Of a DNA stretch of 64,000 nucleotides, positions 37,629 through 51,493 are shown one piece after another. Source of the stretch: Eledone cirrhosa (Eukaryota); NCBI GenBank assembly GCA_964016885.1, contig OZ024743.1, positions 225,928,001 to 225,992,000 of the forward strand, written 5' to 3'. Below the pieces are notes generated by a model. The model made no database searches. It had not been told where the DNA came from and saw nothing but the letters and a program-made list of their open reading frames with translations. A program made the position numbers and the translations under genes. How positions within the stretch are numbered: position 1 is the stretch's first letter; every line of letters starts with the position of its first letter.

Positions 37629-40600
37629 ATGGCTGTTATAAGAGTTGGATGTTTAAATGTGCGTGGCCTGGGGGTGTCCTGGAAGCAGGGCAAACTCTTA
37701 AATAACTTCAGGTCGCACAGAATGGATGTGATAGCTATTTGCGAGTCCGGGATCAGCAGCGAGCACCAACTGGCCCCCATCTTCGACTACTTTGAGATCT
37801 ATGCATCTCTCTGTCAGCCGGAGGTGGGGGCGGGGTGGTCGTTCTGCTGCGAAAACACCTGGGCCTCGCAACACGGAAGGTACACCTGGACCCAGAGGGT
37901 CGACTGGTGGTTCTAGACGTCGGCATTAGTGAGGTGGAGCCTTCAGGCTGGTGGCAGCGTATGCCCCATCTGGGACACGGCGCCCAGACTTCTTCCAACG
38001 CCTAGAGACTTTTCTGGGAACGTCTCGCTCCTTGCTTTTAGTGGGGGACTGGAATGGTATCCTGGATGCACGTTTGGACTATGTAGGGGCATGTCCCGAT
38101 AGAGGGGGGTGTAACAGCCTCAAACGGTTAATCGGCCGATTTGATCTGGCCGAAAGATATCGACTAGATTTTCCGACTGTGCCACTGCGGACGTGGACTA
38201 ATGGTAGCGGAATATATAGGTCGTACCTAGATAGGTTCCTAGTTAGAAATAAGGATAGGCACATATTAAGCTGTCCACGAATTTTCATGGTTGACTATTC
38301 GGATCACAAGTTGGTGATCTTAGTGGTCAACCTTGATAGAACCCATAGACAAGGACCCGGTTAATGGAAGCTAAGCTTGTCCTTACCGACAAACAAAGGT
38401 TACAGTAAGCGGATTAGCACTCTAGTTAAGCAGCGGTTGACTGGGGCAATTGTCAACAGCAGGTGGTGGGGCTCTCTCAAGAGAGAAATTAGAATAGAAT
38501 CGATAGGTTTTAGTAAAGAATTAGCATCAGATAGGAATAGAACTGAAAGGGAATTGATAGATAGAGTAGAAGAGGCGATTAGGTGTGGCAACGTGGCCGG
38601 CGTGCTGGCGTCAAAAACGGCTCTAGACCAGTTCTTTGACGCGAAGTACGATGGATGCGTTGTCAGGAGTAAAATACGTGCTCTGGGAAACGAGGGAGCC
38701 AAAGCCGTTAGCTGGGCCTGAGTGACAGAGGCACAAAATGGAAAAAATCCACGATTCGGTCTTTGAAGGAGCAGGATGGACGCGTGATCCTTGAACCTGA
38801 GCGGATGTGCGCGGCCTTTCAACGGCGCTTTGCACGACTGTTCGGGAGGGGCAGCAAGCCGGGTGAGGCCATGGATTTCGGTCCATACCTCGACGGTCTA
38901 CCGCGGCTCTCGGACGGGGAGGCGAAGTCCTGCAAGAGGCTGATTTCAGCCGCTGAAATAGGGGCAGCGCTCAGCCAATGCGGCAAACGCAAATCTCCGG
39001 GTCCCGATGGTCTACCATACGAACTTTATGTAGCGTTGCGGGGCTTGTTCTCCGGTCTCCTCGAGGCGGTCTACTGCAACTGGCAACAGAACGGGAGAAT
39101 TCCCGGTTCTGTGACCAAGGGCGTATTCACGCTGGTGATGAGGAAGGACGAGAACAAGGAGGATGACATAGATAACTTCAGGCCCATAACTCTGCTAAAC
39201 ACAGAGTTAAATATTTTGGCCAAGGTGTTAGCGAAGAGGATGGCGCTTGTCGCCGGGAACCTGGTGGGAGAAGCGCAGACATGCGCAATCCCGTCCAGGT
39301 CCATACACGACAACCTCCATCTCATGCGATACATCGTAGAGAGGGTAGGGAACGAACCCGGCTTTGGTGGGGCCCTGATTAACTTGGATCAATCTAAGGC
39401 GTTCGATAGGGTCGACCATCGGTACCTGGATGCGGTGCTCGCGGCGGCAGGCTGCGGGCCCGTTTTCAGGGGCTGGAGTGCTGCAATGCACAGCAGCAAC
39501 ACCTGCTCGAGGGTCAAGGTGAACGGCTACCTCTCGGAGCCGTTCCAAATCACGCGATCCATCCGACAGAGATGCCCTCTCTCCCCCCTCCTGTATGTGC
39601 TGGCTCTCGAGCCACTATTGCGGAAGTTGGAGCTGTTGCAGGGAATCCCATTGGAACCGGGATTGCGGAAAGCGGTGTCGGCCTTCGCCGATCACGTGAC
39701 AGTAATGGTGTCGTACGCCTCAGAAATCGGGCAGATCGGTACCTTACTAGAGGAATACGAAAGGTTTACAGGAGCCAAGCTGAACCGGGACAAGTCCGTC
39801 GGTTTGCAACTCGGAACGTGGAGAGGCAAACCGATGCCCTCCGACGGCGTCGTCGGACGCTGGACGGAGGGACCGGTGAAGTTGCTCGGGGTCTGGTTCG
39901 GACCGGACCTCCAGGTTGAGAAAAGCTGGGACGAGGTTACGGGCAGGGTGTTTGCACTCGCCCAGAAGTGGGCCGAGTGCAAACTATCCCTGAAAGGTCG
40001 AACGGAGGTGGCGAACACTTATATAGCGTCCGTCATCTACTACCGCTTGACCGTCGTGCCTTGCCCATCGAAAACGATCACCAAAATGGAGTGCGCGCTC
40101 TTCCGATTCCTTTGGAAGAAGCGGGCCCCTTTGGTGAGAAGATCCACCTGCTGTAAGCACCCTTCGAACGGAGGCCTGAGGATGCCATGGCTGACGATGC
40201 GTAGGCACGCATTAAGGCTACGGCACTTCCAGGTATTCCTCACCGGTTAGCCGGTGTGTGCCCCTTTTATGAGGCGAGCCTTTCCGAGCCTCGTCTCACT
40301 CACCGAGCTGCAATCCTGAGTCAAGCAAAGACCGAGAAAAGTGGGCGACTGGCACATTGAATGTGCCCAGGCGCTCACGGCCCTCTGGCAAGCCGATCCG
40401 GCAATCAGTGGAGACTCAACCTCAACATTCTATAGAGGGTGGGTGCGCAGCAAGTGCGACAACGTTCTCGGAGAGGCTCTGGGCATGGAGGAAGACGAGC
40501 TAGCCAGTATGTTCGGTAGGACGTTTGGCTCGGGACCGATGGACAACTTCCAAAAGTCCCTGGCTTGGCAGTGCTACCGAGGAGCTCTACCCGTTCCGGA

Positions 40601-41063
40601 CAAGCTCTACAGACACGGGCGCCCAGGTAGGGACCCCTCGAAGATCTGTCCGAGATGCGTGCGTGATGAGGAAACCGCCGCGCACGCATTCGTACACTGC
40701 CCGGGCGTTGCTGACCTGTGGGGCTATGTGGAACGACTACTGTCACGGGTGGGACCAATCTGGTTGACCACCGAGTACATTGTCACGATCAAACAGCCTC
40801 CCCCCCTTCAAAAACGTAGGAGAGGCGGTTTTCCTCTGTGTGATAATTATAGCGAAAGAGGTTGAATGGTGGACGAGGTTTAAAGGTCTGAGGACAGACA
40901 CCTTTCTCTCCGGCGAACAACTGGTCCTTTTTTCAAGTACCATTTTAGAAGAAGGATCAGAATGGAGAGAGAGGTGCTCTACCCCAGCAAGTTTTATGAA
41001 AGGTGGGTGAAAGTGGCGAGAATGGCCCGAGTGAATGGGCCTTCTCTCTATATCAGCCTGTAG
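37629..41063 (+). pseudogene. Tx1 ORF2: APE endonuclease, RT and C-terminal zinc finger (stops and frameshifts)
   Basis: CLNVRGL, YAP, GDWN, YLDR, SDH; KSPGPDGL, FRPITLLN, DQSKAFDRV, RQRCPLSP, FADH (YADD mutated), CPRC..EETAAHAF.HC. Confidence 0.93.
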
Positions 41064-41319
41064 GTGAGAGAGGAGAAGAAGGAGGAGAGGAAAGGAGCAC
41101 CCGCTCTTTGTGTTCCTGAGGAGGAGAGTTGCACATTTTTTTCGGGGGTGTGTGCGACCCACGTCAACGCCCCCTCCCTATTGAGCCCTCCGATTGTTGA
41201 ATTTGATTTGTTATATGTTTTTACACGTCCTTTGAAATGTATGTAAACCCCCCCACCTTGTATTTGTCCCAATCTTTGATGCCTGGTGGCAAATAAATAG
41301 AAATTTATCTATCTATCTA

Positions 41320-41399
<80 letters not shown>

Positions 41400-41406
<7 letters not shown>

Positions 41407-41550
41407 ATAATTGGGGAGGGTCGTATTGTTATAATATTGCCAGAAATAATAATAAAACTGTCTCACTGTTTGATTTCGATTGATTTTCGCTTCTGTAGCT
41501 TTTATAACTCCAAAGTTCTTTCATCACACACCTGTGACATCATCAATGGT
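41400..41550 (-). mobile_element. pLTR fragment with degenerate HHR (41510-41549), related to the 15408 and 59940 families
   Basis: TTGTTATAATTGGGGAGGGTC terminus at (TA)n; reverse complement reads CCA TTGATGA T GTCACA..TGTGAT GAAA GAAC TT TGG. Confidence 0.7.
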
Positions 41551-41554
41551 ACTA

Positions 41555-42985
41555 TTATGTTGATGATGGTGATTTTGATGATGATGACGATTTTAAAGAT
41601 GATGTTGATTTAGCTGATGACGATGGTGATTTTGCTGCTGCTGTTGCTACTGCTGCTGATGATGATGATGACGATGATGAGTTTAATGGTGATGGTGATT
41701 TTGATGACGATGGTGATTTTGATCATGATTGTGATAATGACGATAATGGTGATGATGACGAAGGCAACGACGACGACGACGATGACGATGATGACGATGA
41801 TAATGATGATGATGACGATGATAATGATGATGATGATGATGATGATGATAATGATGATAATGATGATGTTGATAATTGATACTACATATGTTTATGTGTA
41901 AATGTATGTATGCACACACAAACAGACACATAGACACACAGACATAAACACACACACAGACATAAACACACACACATACATAAACACACAAACAGACACA
42001 TAGACACACAGATATAAACACACACACAGACATAAACACACACACAGACATAAACACACACACAGACATAAACACGCAAACAGACACATAGACACACAGA
42101 CATAAACACACACACAGACATAAACACACACACAGACATAAACACACACACAGACATAAACACGCAAACAGACACATAGACACACAGACATAAACACGCA
42201 CACAGACATAAACACACACACAGACATAAACACACACACAGACATAAACACACAAACAGACACATAGACACACAGACATAAACACACACACAAATATTAT
42301 TTTTTTTCATTTTTCTGAGCTTCGTTCCATTAGTTTTATTCTCCTAGAGGGCAACAACGTTGTCATAATGTAAAAATAATAGTGGAAAGTTGAAGATGTT
42401 GCTGATGATGGTGATGGTGATGGTGGGGATGATGGTGATGGCGGTGATGGTGATGATGATGGTAATGGCGGTGATGGTGATGATGGTGATGGCGGTGATG
42501 GTGATGGCGGTGATGATGATGGTAATGGCGGTGATGGTGATGGTGATGGTGATGGTGATGATGGTGATGGCGGTGATGGTGATGGCGGTGATGGTGATGA
42601 TGATGGTAATGGCGGTGATGGTGATGGTGATGGTGATGGTGGTGATGGCGGTGATGGTGATGGCCGTGATGGTGATGATGATAGTAATGGCGGTGATGGT
42701 GATGGGATGATGGTGATGGCCGTGGTGGTGATGATGATGGTAATGGCAGTGATGGTGATGGTGATGATGATGGTGATGCTGATGGTGTTGGGGATGATGG
42801 TGATGGCGGTGATGGTTGCGCTGATGGTGGTGGTGATGGTGATGATGGCGGTGATGGTGATGATGACGGTGATGGGGATGAATGAAGATGATGACGACTA
42901 CGGAGACGATGGTGATGATGAATGATGATGATGATTTTGATGATGATGATGACGACGATGTTGACGATAATGATCATGATGTTCC
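41555..42985. repeat. (GAT/GGT)n low-complexity tracts interrupted by an 18-36-bp CACAGACATAAACACACA minisatellite (41915-42290)
   Basis: Direct inspection. Confidence 0.9.
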
Positions 42986-43001
42986 TGAAGCTGCTGATGT
43001 T

Positions 43002-43172
43002 AATAATTGTTTCTCCTTTAGGCACAAGGCCAGCAATTACCCAGTACATTACTGGTACTTTATTTTATCGACCCCGGAAGGATGAAAGGCAAAGTTAACC
43101 TCGGCGGGATTTGAACTCAGAATGGCAAGGGCCGTAACTCTATGCGTCAAAGCATGGCGTCCGACCCTCTAC
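43002..43172 (-). mobile_element. tRNA-derived Nin-domain SINE
   Basis: Same family as 33468-33655. Confidence 0.85.
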
Positions 43173-43304
43173 CGATACTGCCAATACACCTGATAATAAT
43201 GATGGCAATTGTGTGTGTGTGGGAAGTGATGATGTTGAAGGCGGTGATAAAAATGTTTGTGATGAAAATGACGATGGTGATGAAGACAGCGATGATGATG
43301 ACGG

Positions 43305-44510
43305 CCGTCTAGATCGTAAATAGATAGGTTTTTCGTTAGGTTAGCAGATAGGAATAGAATAGGTTGTCCACAATTCCAAACGGTCGCTTATTCAGATCAC
43401 AAATTTGTGATTTGAATATTCGACCAAGTTAAAACACATAGGCAAGTATCTCGTTACTGGAAGTATAATGTATTATTCCCGGTGCGTAAAACCTAGCGAG
43501 ACCAGTCCACCGGCATAAGTTGACAGGGGCTGTCGTCAACAACAGATGATGGGTGTTCTCAAGAGAGAAATGAGAGTAGTTCCAATAGCATTTAGTAAAG
43601 AAGTAGCTCTAGAAAAACATAGAAAGGAGGGGAGCTGGTAGCTCAATTAGAAGAAGCAATTAGAAGTGGCATTGCAACTAATGCGCAAACGGCGAGAATG
43701 GCGTTAGACCATTTCTTTAATTCGAAACACGAAAGTTGCATTGTCAGAGCTATGACACGTGCTCTTAATAACGAGGGTACGAAAGCTGTTTGATGGGCCC
43801 GAGTGGCAGAGGTGCAGTCTGGTAATAAAACCACGATTCAGTCTTTGACGGACCGAAATGAATGCGCGGTGGACGATTTCAGGCAGATATGTGCGGCCTT
43901 TCGCCAGCATTTTGCTCGATTGTTCGGGTGCCGGAGACGGTAACGGACTTTAGTTCCTACCTTGACGGCCTGCTGCGACTCTGGCTAGTTGATGCGGATA
44001 ACATCTCGATATTCGGGATACTCTGCTCGTCTGTACGAGGCGCAAGCCAGCCGGTTTCAATTTTCTGCCCTACAAGTTTTACTTAGACATGCCAGATTTG
44101 TTCCCCGATCTCCTCGAAGCCGTCTACTGGTAACTGAACGGTAGTATTCCCAGCCCTGTGATACGGGGCGCAAAAAAGCTGATGAGGAAAGATGAGAACA
44201 ATAGGGACACTGTAGATAATTTCCTCATCAAACTATTCCTTTCCCACTTGGAAAGGAAGGTGAGGGTGGAAAGGGAACTGCTGTTCCACAGTACATTTGT
44301 TAAAAGGTGTGAAGAATGTTGCGAGAATGGCCCGTGTGAATGGGCCTATTCTAACCAAACTGGTTGGTTTGAAGAGCTGAGGGGTGTCCTCTCAGTGTGC
44401 TCTTGGAGCCTCTGGTGGTTTAGGATTTGTGGGGTTCCTAAGTCACCCCTGGATGGGGCTCTCCCTGTTGGGGAATTTTATTGTTCTAATTGTATTGTTA
44501 TTTGTTAAAA
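43305..44510 (+). mobile_element. Older, internally deleted Tx1 ORF2 relic related to 35603-41305
   Basis: Colinear similarity to 38220-39180, then a jump to 40920-41230 (e.g. TTGACAGGGGCTGTCGTCAACAACAG, GAGAATGGCCCGTGTGAATGGGCCT). Confidence 0.8.
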
Positions 44511-44589
44511 ATCTTTTGACTGGATTTCATGTCGGGCCCTGTAACACTATTGCTCTGGCAGATGTTATACCAACACTATACCAAAAGAG

Positions 44590-44880
44590 ATAGCCATAAG
44601 CCTATAGCCAAAGGTCCTTTGGGTCATTCCTTCTACTTCATCTTTCTAACACCTTCCTTAGAAACCTCGCTGTTCCTAACAAGGCTGTTTTCTGCAACAA
44701 TCCCGTCCATGGGGTAATTCCTAGCTTCTGAAGCCATGCATCTAACCTTCTAATAACTGCTCCTAGTGTGCCAACCACAATCGGTACCACGTCAACGTGT
44801 CTGATTCTCCATAGTTTCTTGATTTCCCTCTTCAGCTCCTGGTATGTCTCAACTTCCTCACCTTCCTTCTCATTCACCTG
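44590..44880 (-). mobile_element. R4/Dong-clade non-LTR retrotransposon 3' fragment (RLE domain)
   Basis: YQELKREIKKLW...VVPIVVGTLG...LQKTALLGTARFLRKVL. Confidence 0.85.
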
Positions 44881-44984
44881 TTATCGTTGGAGCCTCTGCT
44901 GATTAACGTGACGATGAAAATAATGATAAAGGTGAAGATTGTAACAAAACTAATTTTAATAATATCAAATAATAATGACCAAAA

Positions 44985-45800
44985 GAATCCTGATTCCTAA
45001 TTTAGGTTCATGGCTAGCAAGTGGTTGGGGTGTGGAGTGAGGGAAAGACATCGATTATATAGACCCAGCATTTAACTGCTATTTAATTTTATCGACCCCT
45101 TCCCGAAATGGTGAAAGGCAAATTTAATTTCGACGGGATTTGGACACAAATCAAAGTAATGTTTTTTTAATTTTGGTTCAAGGCCAGCAATTTTAGGTGG
45201 AAGTGAAAGTCAATTACATTTACCCATTACTCAACGGGTACTTTATTTTACCAACCTCGGAAGGAGGAAAGAAAATGTTGACCTCGGCGGGATTTGAACA
45301 CAAAACGTAAAGGGGCCAAATACTGTTAAACATTTATCCCATGTTCTAACGACTCTGCCAATCCACTGCTCTAATAGAAATCATAATAAAGGTTTCTGAT
45401 TTAAGCACAAGGCCAACAATTTTAGGGGAGGGGGAAGTCGCTTAAATCGACCCCAGTGTATTGCTGGTACTTTCTTTCATCGCCCTCGTAAAGATGAAAG
45501 GCAAAGTTAACTTCGGCTGGATTTGAACTCAAACAGTAAAGCGGCGTAACTCTATGCTGCAAAGCATGGCGTCCAACCCTCTACCGATACTGCCAATCCA
45601 ATCATAATAATTGTTTCTACTTTTGGCACAAGGCCAGCAATCACCCAGTACATTACTGGTACTTTATTTTATCGACCCCGTAAGGATGAAAGGCAAAGTT
45701 AACCTCGGCGCGATTTGAACTCAGAATGGCAAGGGGCGTAACTCTATGCGTTAAAGCATGGCGTCCGACCCTTCTACCGATACTGCCAATCCAAATCATA
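44985..45800 (-). mobile_element. Head-to-tail cluster of about 4 Nin-domain SINEs
   Basis: Repeated GGCACAAGGCCAGCAA...GAAAGGCAAAGTTAACCTCGGCGGGATTTGAAC...CTGCCAATCCA units. Confidence 0.85.
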
Positions 45801-45929
45801 ATAATAATAATAAGATTTATATCAATAACAACAACATCGATTACAACAACAACAGTAAGAATAAGGCTTAACTACCCGGAACATATGAAATTTACGCAAT
45901 TCTAATAAGGTAAAATATCAGTGTGCATA

Positions 45930-46400
45930 ACCATCTATCTTCACCGCCATCAAACTATCACCAACACCACCAGCACCACCAGCAGCACTACAACCATCTA
46001 TCTCCACTATCACCCCCTCCACACTATCTATGTTCACCACCACCACCACCACCACAACCATCCATCTCCACTATCACCACCACCACCACCACAACCATCC
46101 ATCTCCACTATCACCACCACCACCACCACAAACATCCATCGTCACCATCATCCATATTCACCAGCAGCAGCAGCAGCAGCACCACCACCACCACCACCAA
46201 CACCACCACCACCACCGTCAACAACAACATCATCCATCTCCACTAGCATCCATTTTGACCACCACCACCATCATTACCACCACCACCGCCACCATCACCA
46301 CCACAACCACCATCCATCTCCACCCCAACCAACATTGTCCACCACCTTCTATCTTCACCATCTCCACCACCACCACCACCATCAGCCTCCCCCTCTCACC
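45930..46400. repeat. (CAC/CAT)n low-complexity tract
   Basis: Direct inspection. Confidence 0.9.
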
Positions 46401-47059
46401 TCCGGCCACTACGCTTACCCTCACTGTTACTCTCACTGAAGAGTTATTTGGTCACAGAAAACAACAAAAACACAAACACAATCAGCCTCCCCCTCCCCCA
46501 CCTCCTTCTCCTACTCCCCCTCATCCCCATCCTCCTCCTCGTCCTTATCCTTTCTCTCTAAACCAGCTGTGACCAGATTATATGAGACTTTTATGTGATG
46601 TACACCCGCCATCTCTTTCACCCTCCCCCTCATAACACCCCCCCCCCCTCATCCCTCTCCTCATCATCTATTTAGTAGTGTATGAGTGTTTATGTTTATA
46701 TTGATGATGCATTGCTTTGGTGTCTATTCTTGTTTGTTTTTCGTTTAAATCTCCCCCCCCTCCCTATTACACTGTTGTGGGAGGAGTTGATTAAATCTTG
46801 TAATTTTTCCTGCTTTTTTTATGGTTGCATGGTTTTATGTTTTTTTGTGGATATGGTGGTGGTTGGGTTGATGAGAGGGCGGTGTTTTTTTTTTTCATTA
46901 ACCAATAACTTCGTCAACCTTTTAAGGTAATTATATGTATATATGTATATATATATGTGTGTGTATATATCCATATATACATAGATACATACATAGATAC
47001 ATACACACATGCATAAAACATACATACACTCATGGTTATTCATATACACTCATACTTGA

Positions 47060-47102
47060 TTGTATGTATGCATGTATGTATGTATGTACATATGTATTTA
47101 TG

Positions 47103-47133
<31 letters not shown>

Positions 47134-47563
47134 ATATGTATGTGTATATATATGTATGTATATGTATATATGTATGTATGTATGTATGTATATGTATATA
47201 TGTATGTATGTATATGTATATATGTATGTATGTATATATATAGGTATGTATATATGTATATATGTATGTATGTATGTATATATGTATGTGTATATATATG
47301 TATGTATATGTATATATGTATGTATGTATATGTATATATGTATGTATGTATGTATATGTATATATGTATGTATGTATATATATAGGTATGTATATATGTA
47401 TATATGTATGTATGTATGTATGTATATATGTATGTGTATATATATGTATGTATATGTATGTATGTATGTATGTATATGTATATATGTATGTATGTATGTA
47501 TATGTATATATGTATGTATGTATATATATAGGTATGTATATATGTATATATGTATGTATGTAT
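47060..47563. repeat. (TATG/TA)n compound microsatellite
   Basis: Direct inspection. Confidence 0.9.
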
Positions 47564-47964
47564 TACAGAGTTCTGGAATAGAAAACTACCTCATTATAGA
47601 CTAAAAGGTAATTTCTTCCTCTCTCTCTTTCTCACTCTTTCTCTCTCTCTTCCTCGTTCACTAACTCTCTCTCTCTCACTCTATCTCGCCCTCTCTGTCA
47701 CGTATAATCATAGCTATATCTGATATGATGTCTAACGTCAGCTGGTGTCATCCCACTGCAACTATTTTGATAATTCTTATAAACGTTATTGCATCATATC
47801 GTTTATAACTATGTCTATTATCAATTTGGAATACCTGCGGCTATAAGAACACAATGTTAACAACAACAAAAACGGCAGCAACCACCACCATCACCACAAC
47901 CACCACCACCACCACCACCATCACCTCAACAACAACAGCAACAGTAACAATAATAATAATAAAT

Positions 47965-48115
47965 ATTATTATTTCTACTCTTGGCACAAGGCCAGCAATA
48001 TTTTGGGAAGGGAAAGCCGATTAAATCGTGCATTACTGGTGCTTTATTTTATCGAACCCGTAAAGATGAAAGGCAAAGATAACCTCAGCGGGATTTGAAC
48101 TCAGTGCGTAACGAT
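47965..48115 (-). mobile_element. Nin-domain SINE, truncated
   Basis: Same motifs as the other copies. Confidence 0.75.
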
Positions 48116-49358
48116 AACAATAATTATAATAATTATTATTTCTATTTTTGGCCCATTTCTATTTTTGACTAATTGAAGGGAAGAGGAAAGATAATTATAT
48201 TGACCTCAGTACCTAACTGGTACTTTATTGAACTCGGAGGGATTTGATGACCGAAGATAATATGCGGAACAAATACTACAAGGCAATTTCTCCGATCCTC
48301 TCACGGTTCTGTCAAATACGATTTCAGACGGAAGCTGAATGCCACTCCTTTGGAGTAAGAGTAAATTGTGAACTACGGTTTTGTAGTAAGCAACGCAGTG
48401 TGAACATTGTGGTGTAGTAAACAATGAGGTATTGTATGTCACTGTGAACGAATGGAGTGTTCCTGTGGTTTACTCTGTTCACAGTGGTGTTATAAGGTTT
48501 GGTATGGTGTAGTGTAGTCAGGCTTAGTGTTGTTTGATGTAATATGGTCTGAGGTGGACCAGTATGGCGTAGCGAACACTGCATTAGCATAAGACACAGT
48601 AATAGGATACAATGTTTATGTGATTCACCTCGTTGTATCTTGGGTCAGCTCAATAGACTAGACATCTTCTGTAAGGAAACACACTAATAAAATGTGTAAA
48701 GCAACAGCAATAACAACAACAACAACAAAAGCGACACCCCTGGACAACAACAACAAGAACAAAATCAACAACAGCAACAACAGTATTCATAAGCATAATA
48801 ATGTGTTTTATGGCCTATAACATCGTATTGGGGCCTAGTTGATGCATAAGTTAACATTTAATGGGTAATGCTGTTATTTGAAGATAATGGTTAATGGCCA
48901 CACTGCCGGACGGCGTGGTGTGTAGGAAGAGATCGAAGGGTGTGTCAATATATCAGGAAGAAGCGACTGAGAGGGTATGGTTATAATTATCATTATGTCA
49001 CTGTGTATATATATAGGTGGACATTACACGTATAACTTCACTAAAACATATGCTCATACATGTATAGTTATACATATACATACACATGTATGTATGTATG
49101 TATGTATGTATGTATGTATGTATGTATGTATGTATGTATGTATGTATGTATGTATGTATGTATGTATGCATGTTTGTATGTATGGATACACACGCACATG
49201 CACATATATATATATATATATATATATATACGTATATAAATATATATACATATGCAAGAGAGAAAGAGAGAGAGAGAGAGTAAGAGAGAGAGTGAGAGAG
49301 AGAGAGAGAAAGAAAGAAAGAGAAAGAGAGAGGGGGACTGGGAGAGAGAGAGAGAGAC

Positions 49359-49395
<37 letters not shown>

Positions 49396-49640
49396 GAATA
49401 AAGAGAGAGACAGAGATATCTAAAACTCCTTACGGGGAATGACTAAGGTAAAGCACATTTTAGATATCACGGTTAAAAAATATATTTTTCTCACTTTGAC
49501 CAGAAATAGATTTACACCTCTTCACAAGAACTTAATTCGTCCATTCTAATTTGCATAAGAGTTGAACATGCAAATTAGTTAATTAATTGAAGTACTACAC
49601 AGCAGTGAGCTTGTGAATGAATAGGGAGGCAATTAAGCAA

Positions 49641-49828
49641 ATAATTGTTTCTACTTTTGGCCCAAGGCCAGCAATTACCCAGTGCATTACTGGTACTTTA
49701 TTTTATCGACCCCGTAAGGATGAAAGGCAAAGTTAACCTAGGCGGGATTTGAACTCAGATCATAAAGGGCCGTAACTCTATGCTGCAAAGCATGGTGTCC
49801 GACCCTCTACCGATACTGCCAATCCACA
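49641..49828 (-). mobile_element. Nin-domain SINE
   Basis: Complete A box, B box, Nin domain and tail. Confidence 0.85.
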
Positions 49829-50010
49829 TAATAGTGTGTAGTGTTCTATAAATTTAAACACTTTGCCAAGACTTACGCTACATGTAAATAAACATACATA
49901 GCCACCCCCCCACACACACATACACACGTACATATTTTCATATTTACGGATGATTCAAGTACACTTACGAGTCTCAAAAACTAGGCCTTATTAAAAAAGG
50001 TAAAGAAGAG

Positions 50011-50087
<77 letters not shown>

Positions 50088-50102
50088 TACACACACACAC
50101 AC

Positions 50103-50139
<37 letters not shown>

Positions 50140-50310
50140 CGTGAACTCTCTTGTTATATCCCCATAGGGAAAACACAATCAACCTAAGGCGACCATCTTT
50201 GTCTTTCATTTTTCTCATGACAGGCTGACAAAATAGGGGCCCAGAACCCAACGAACTTGAGTACCTCTCTATGTCACTGTTGTAGTTATTTATATATATA
50301 CATATATATA

Positions 50311-50657
50311 TATTTCGTTTCTGAATTTGTTTAGCAAGTTTCTTTATCTGATATCGTGTGTTGAAACCAATATTGTTATACTTTGGGAGGGTCATGTTGC
50401 CAATAAGAAACACACGCACCAGCTGCTTTACTTCAATTTATTATAATAAATTTATAAATTTAGGAATTTATAAATTTATAAATTTATAAATATATAAATT
50501 TCTGGTTGGTTGGTTCCACAACCAGATAGTTGTTATATATTGTCAAAGTTATTTCGTCACACATTCTGTGACCTCTTCAGTGACTGTGGATTCTTTTCTT
50601 TGTTTTTGTGCCTCTCCTTTGTTCTGTCCTACGCCATGAAAATGGCGTAGGACAGAA
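50311..50657 (-). mobile_element. pLTR of the 15408 family with HHR (50542-50584), ending in a fold-back hairpin
   Basis: Inverse of 16590-16890; hairpin TTCTGTCCTACGCCAT-GAAA-ATGGCGTAGGACAGAA. Confidence 0.88.
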
Positions 50658-50803
50658 ATATTATATGGAGTAGCGAAACAATTGTAACCGGACATTATTA
50701 TTATTAATATTATTATTATTATTATTATTCTCTACATTCCTTACATCAAACTAAAATATGTTGACAATCTTTTAATGTCTTCCTTGTGAAGACATTATTA
50801 TAA

Positions 50804-51489
<686 letters not shown>

Positions 51490-51493
<4 letters not shown>

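Larger units (their letters stand above)
35603..41305 (+). mobile_element. Near full-length Tx1/L1-clade LINE, decayed, flanked by (TATC)n
   Basis: ORF1 with a CCHC knuckle, ORF2 APE-RT-zf, AATAAA near the 3' end, and TATC repeats on both sides. Confidence 0.92.

Noticed and set aside
42363-43085. His-rich or Met/Val-rich ORFs (also 45921-46572)
   Set aside because: Trinucleotide repeat expansions open in several frames on both strands; no domain or splice support.
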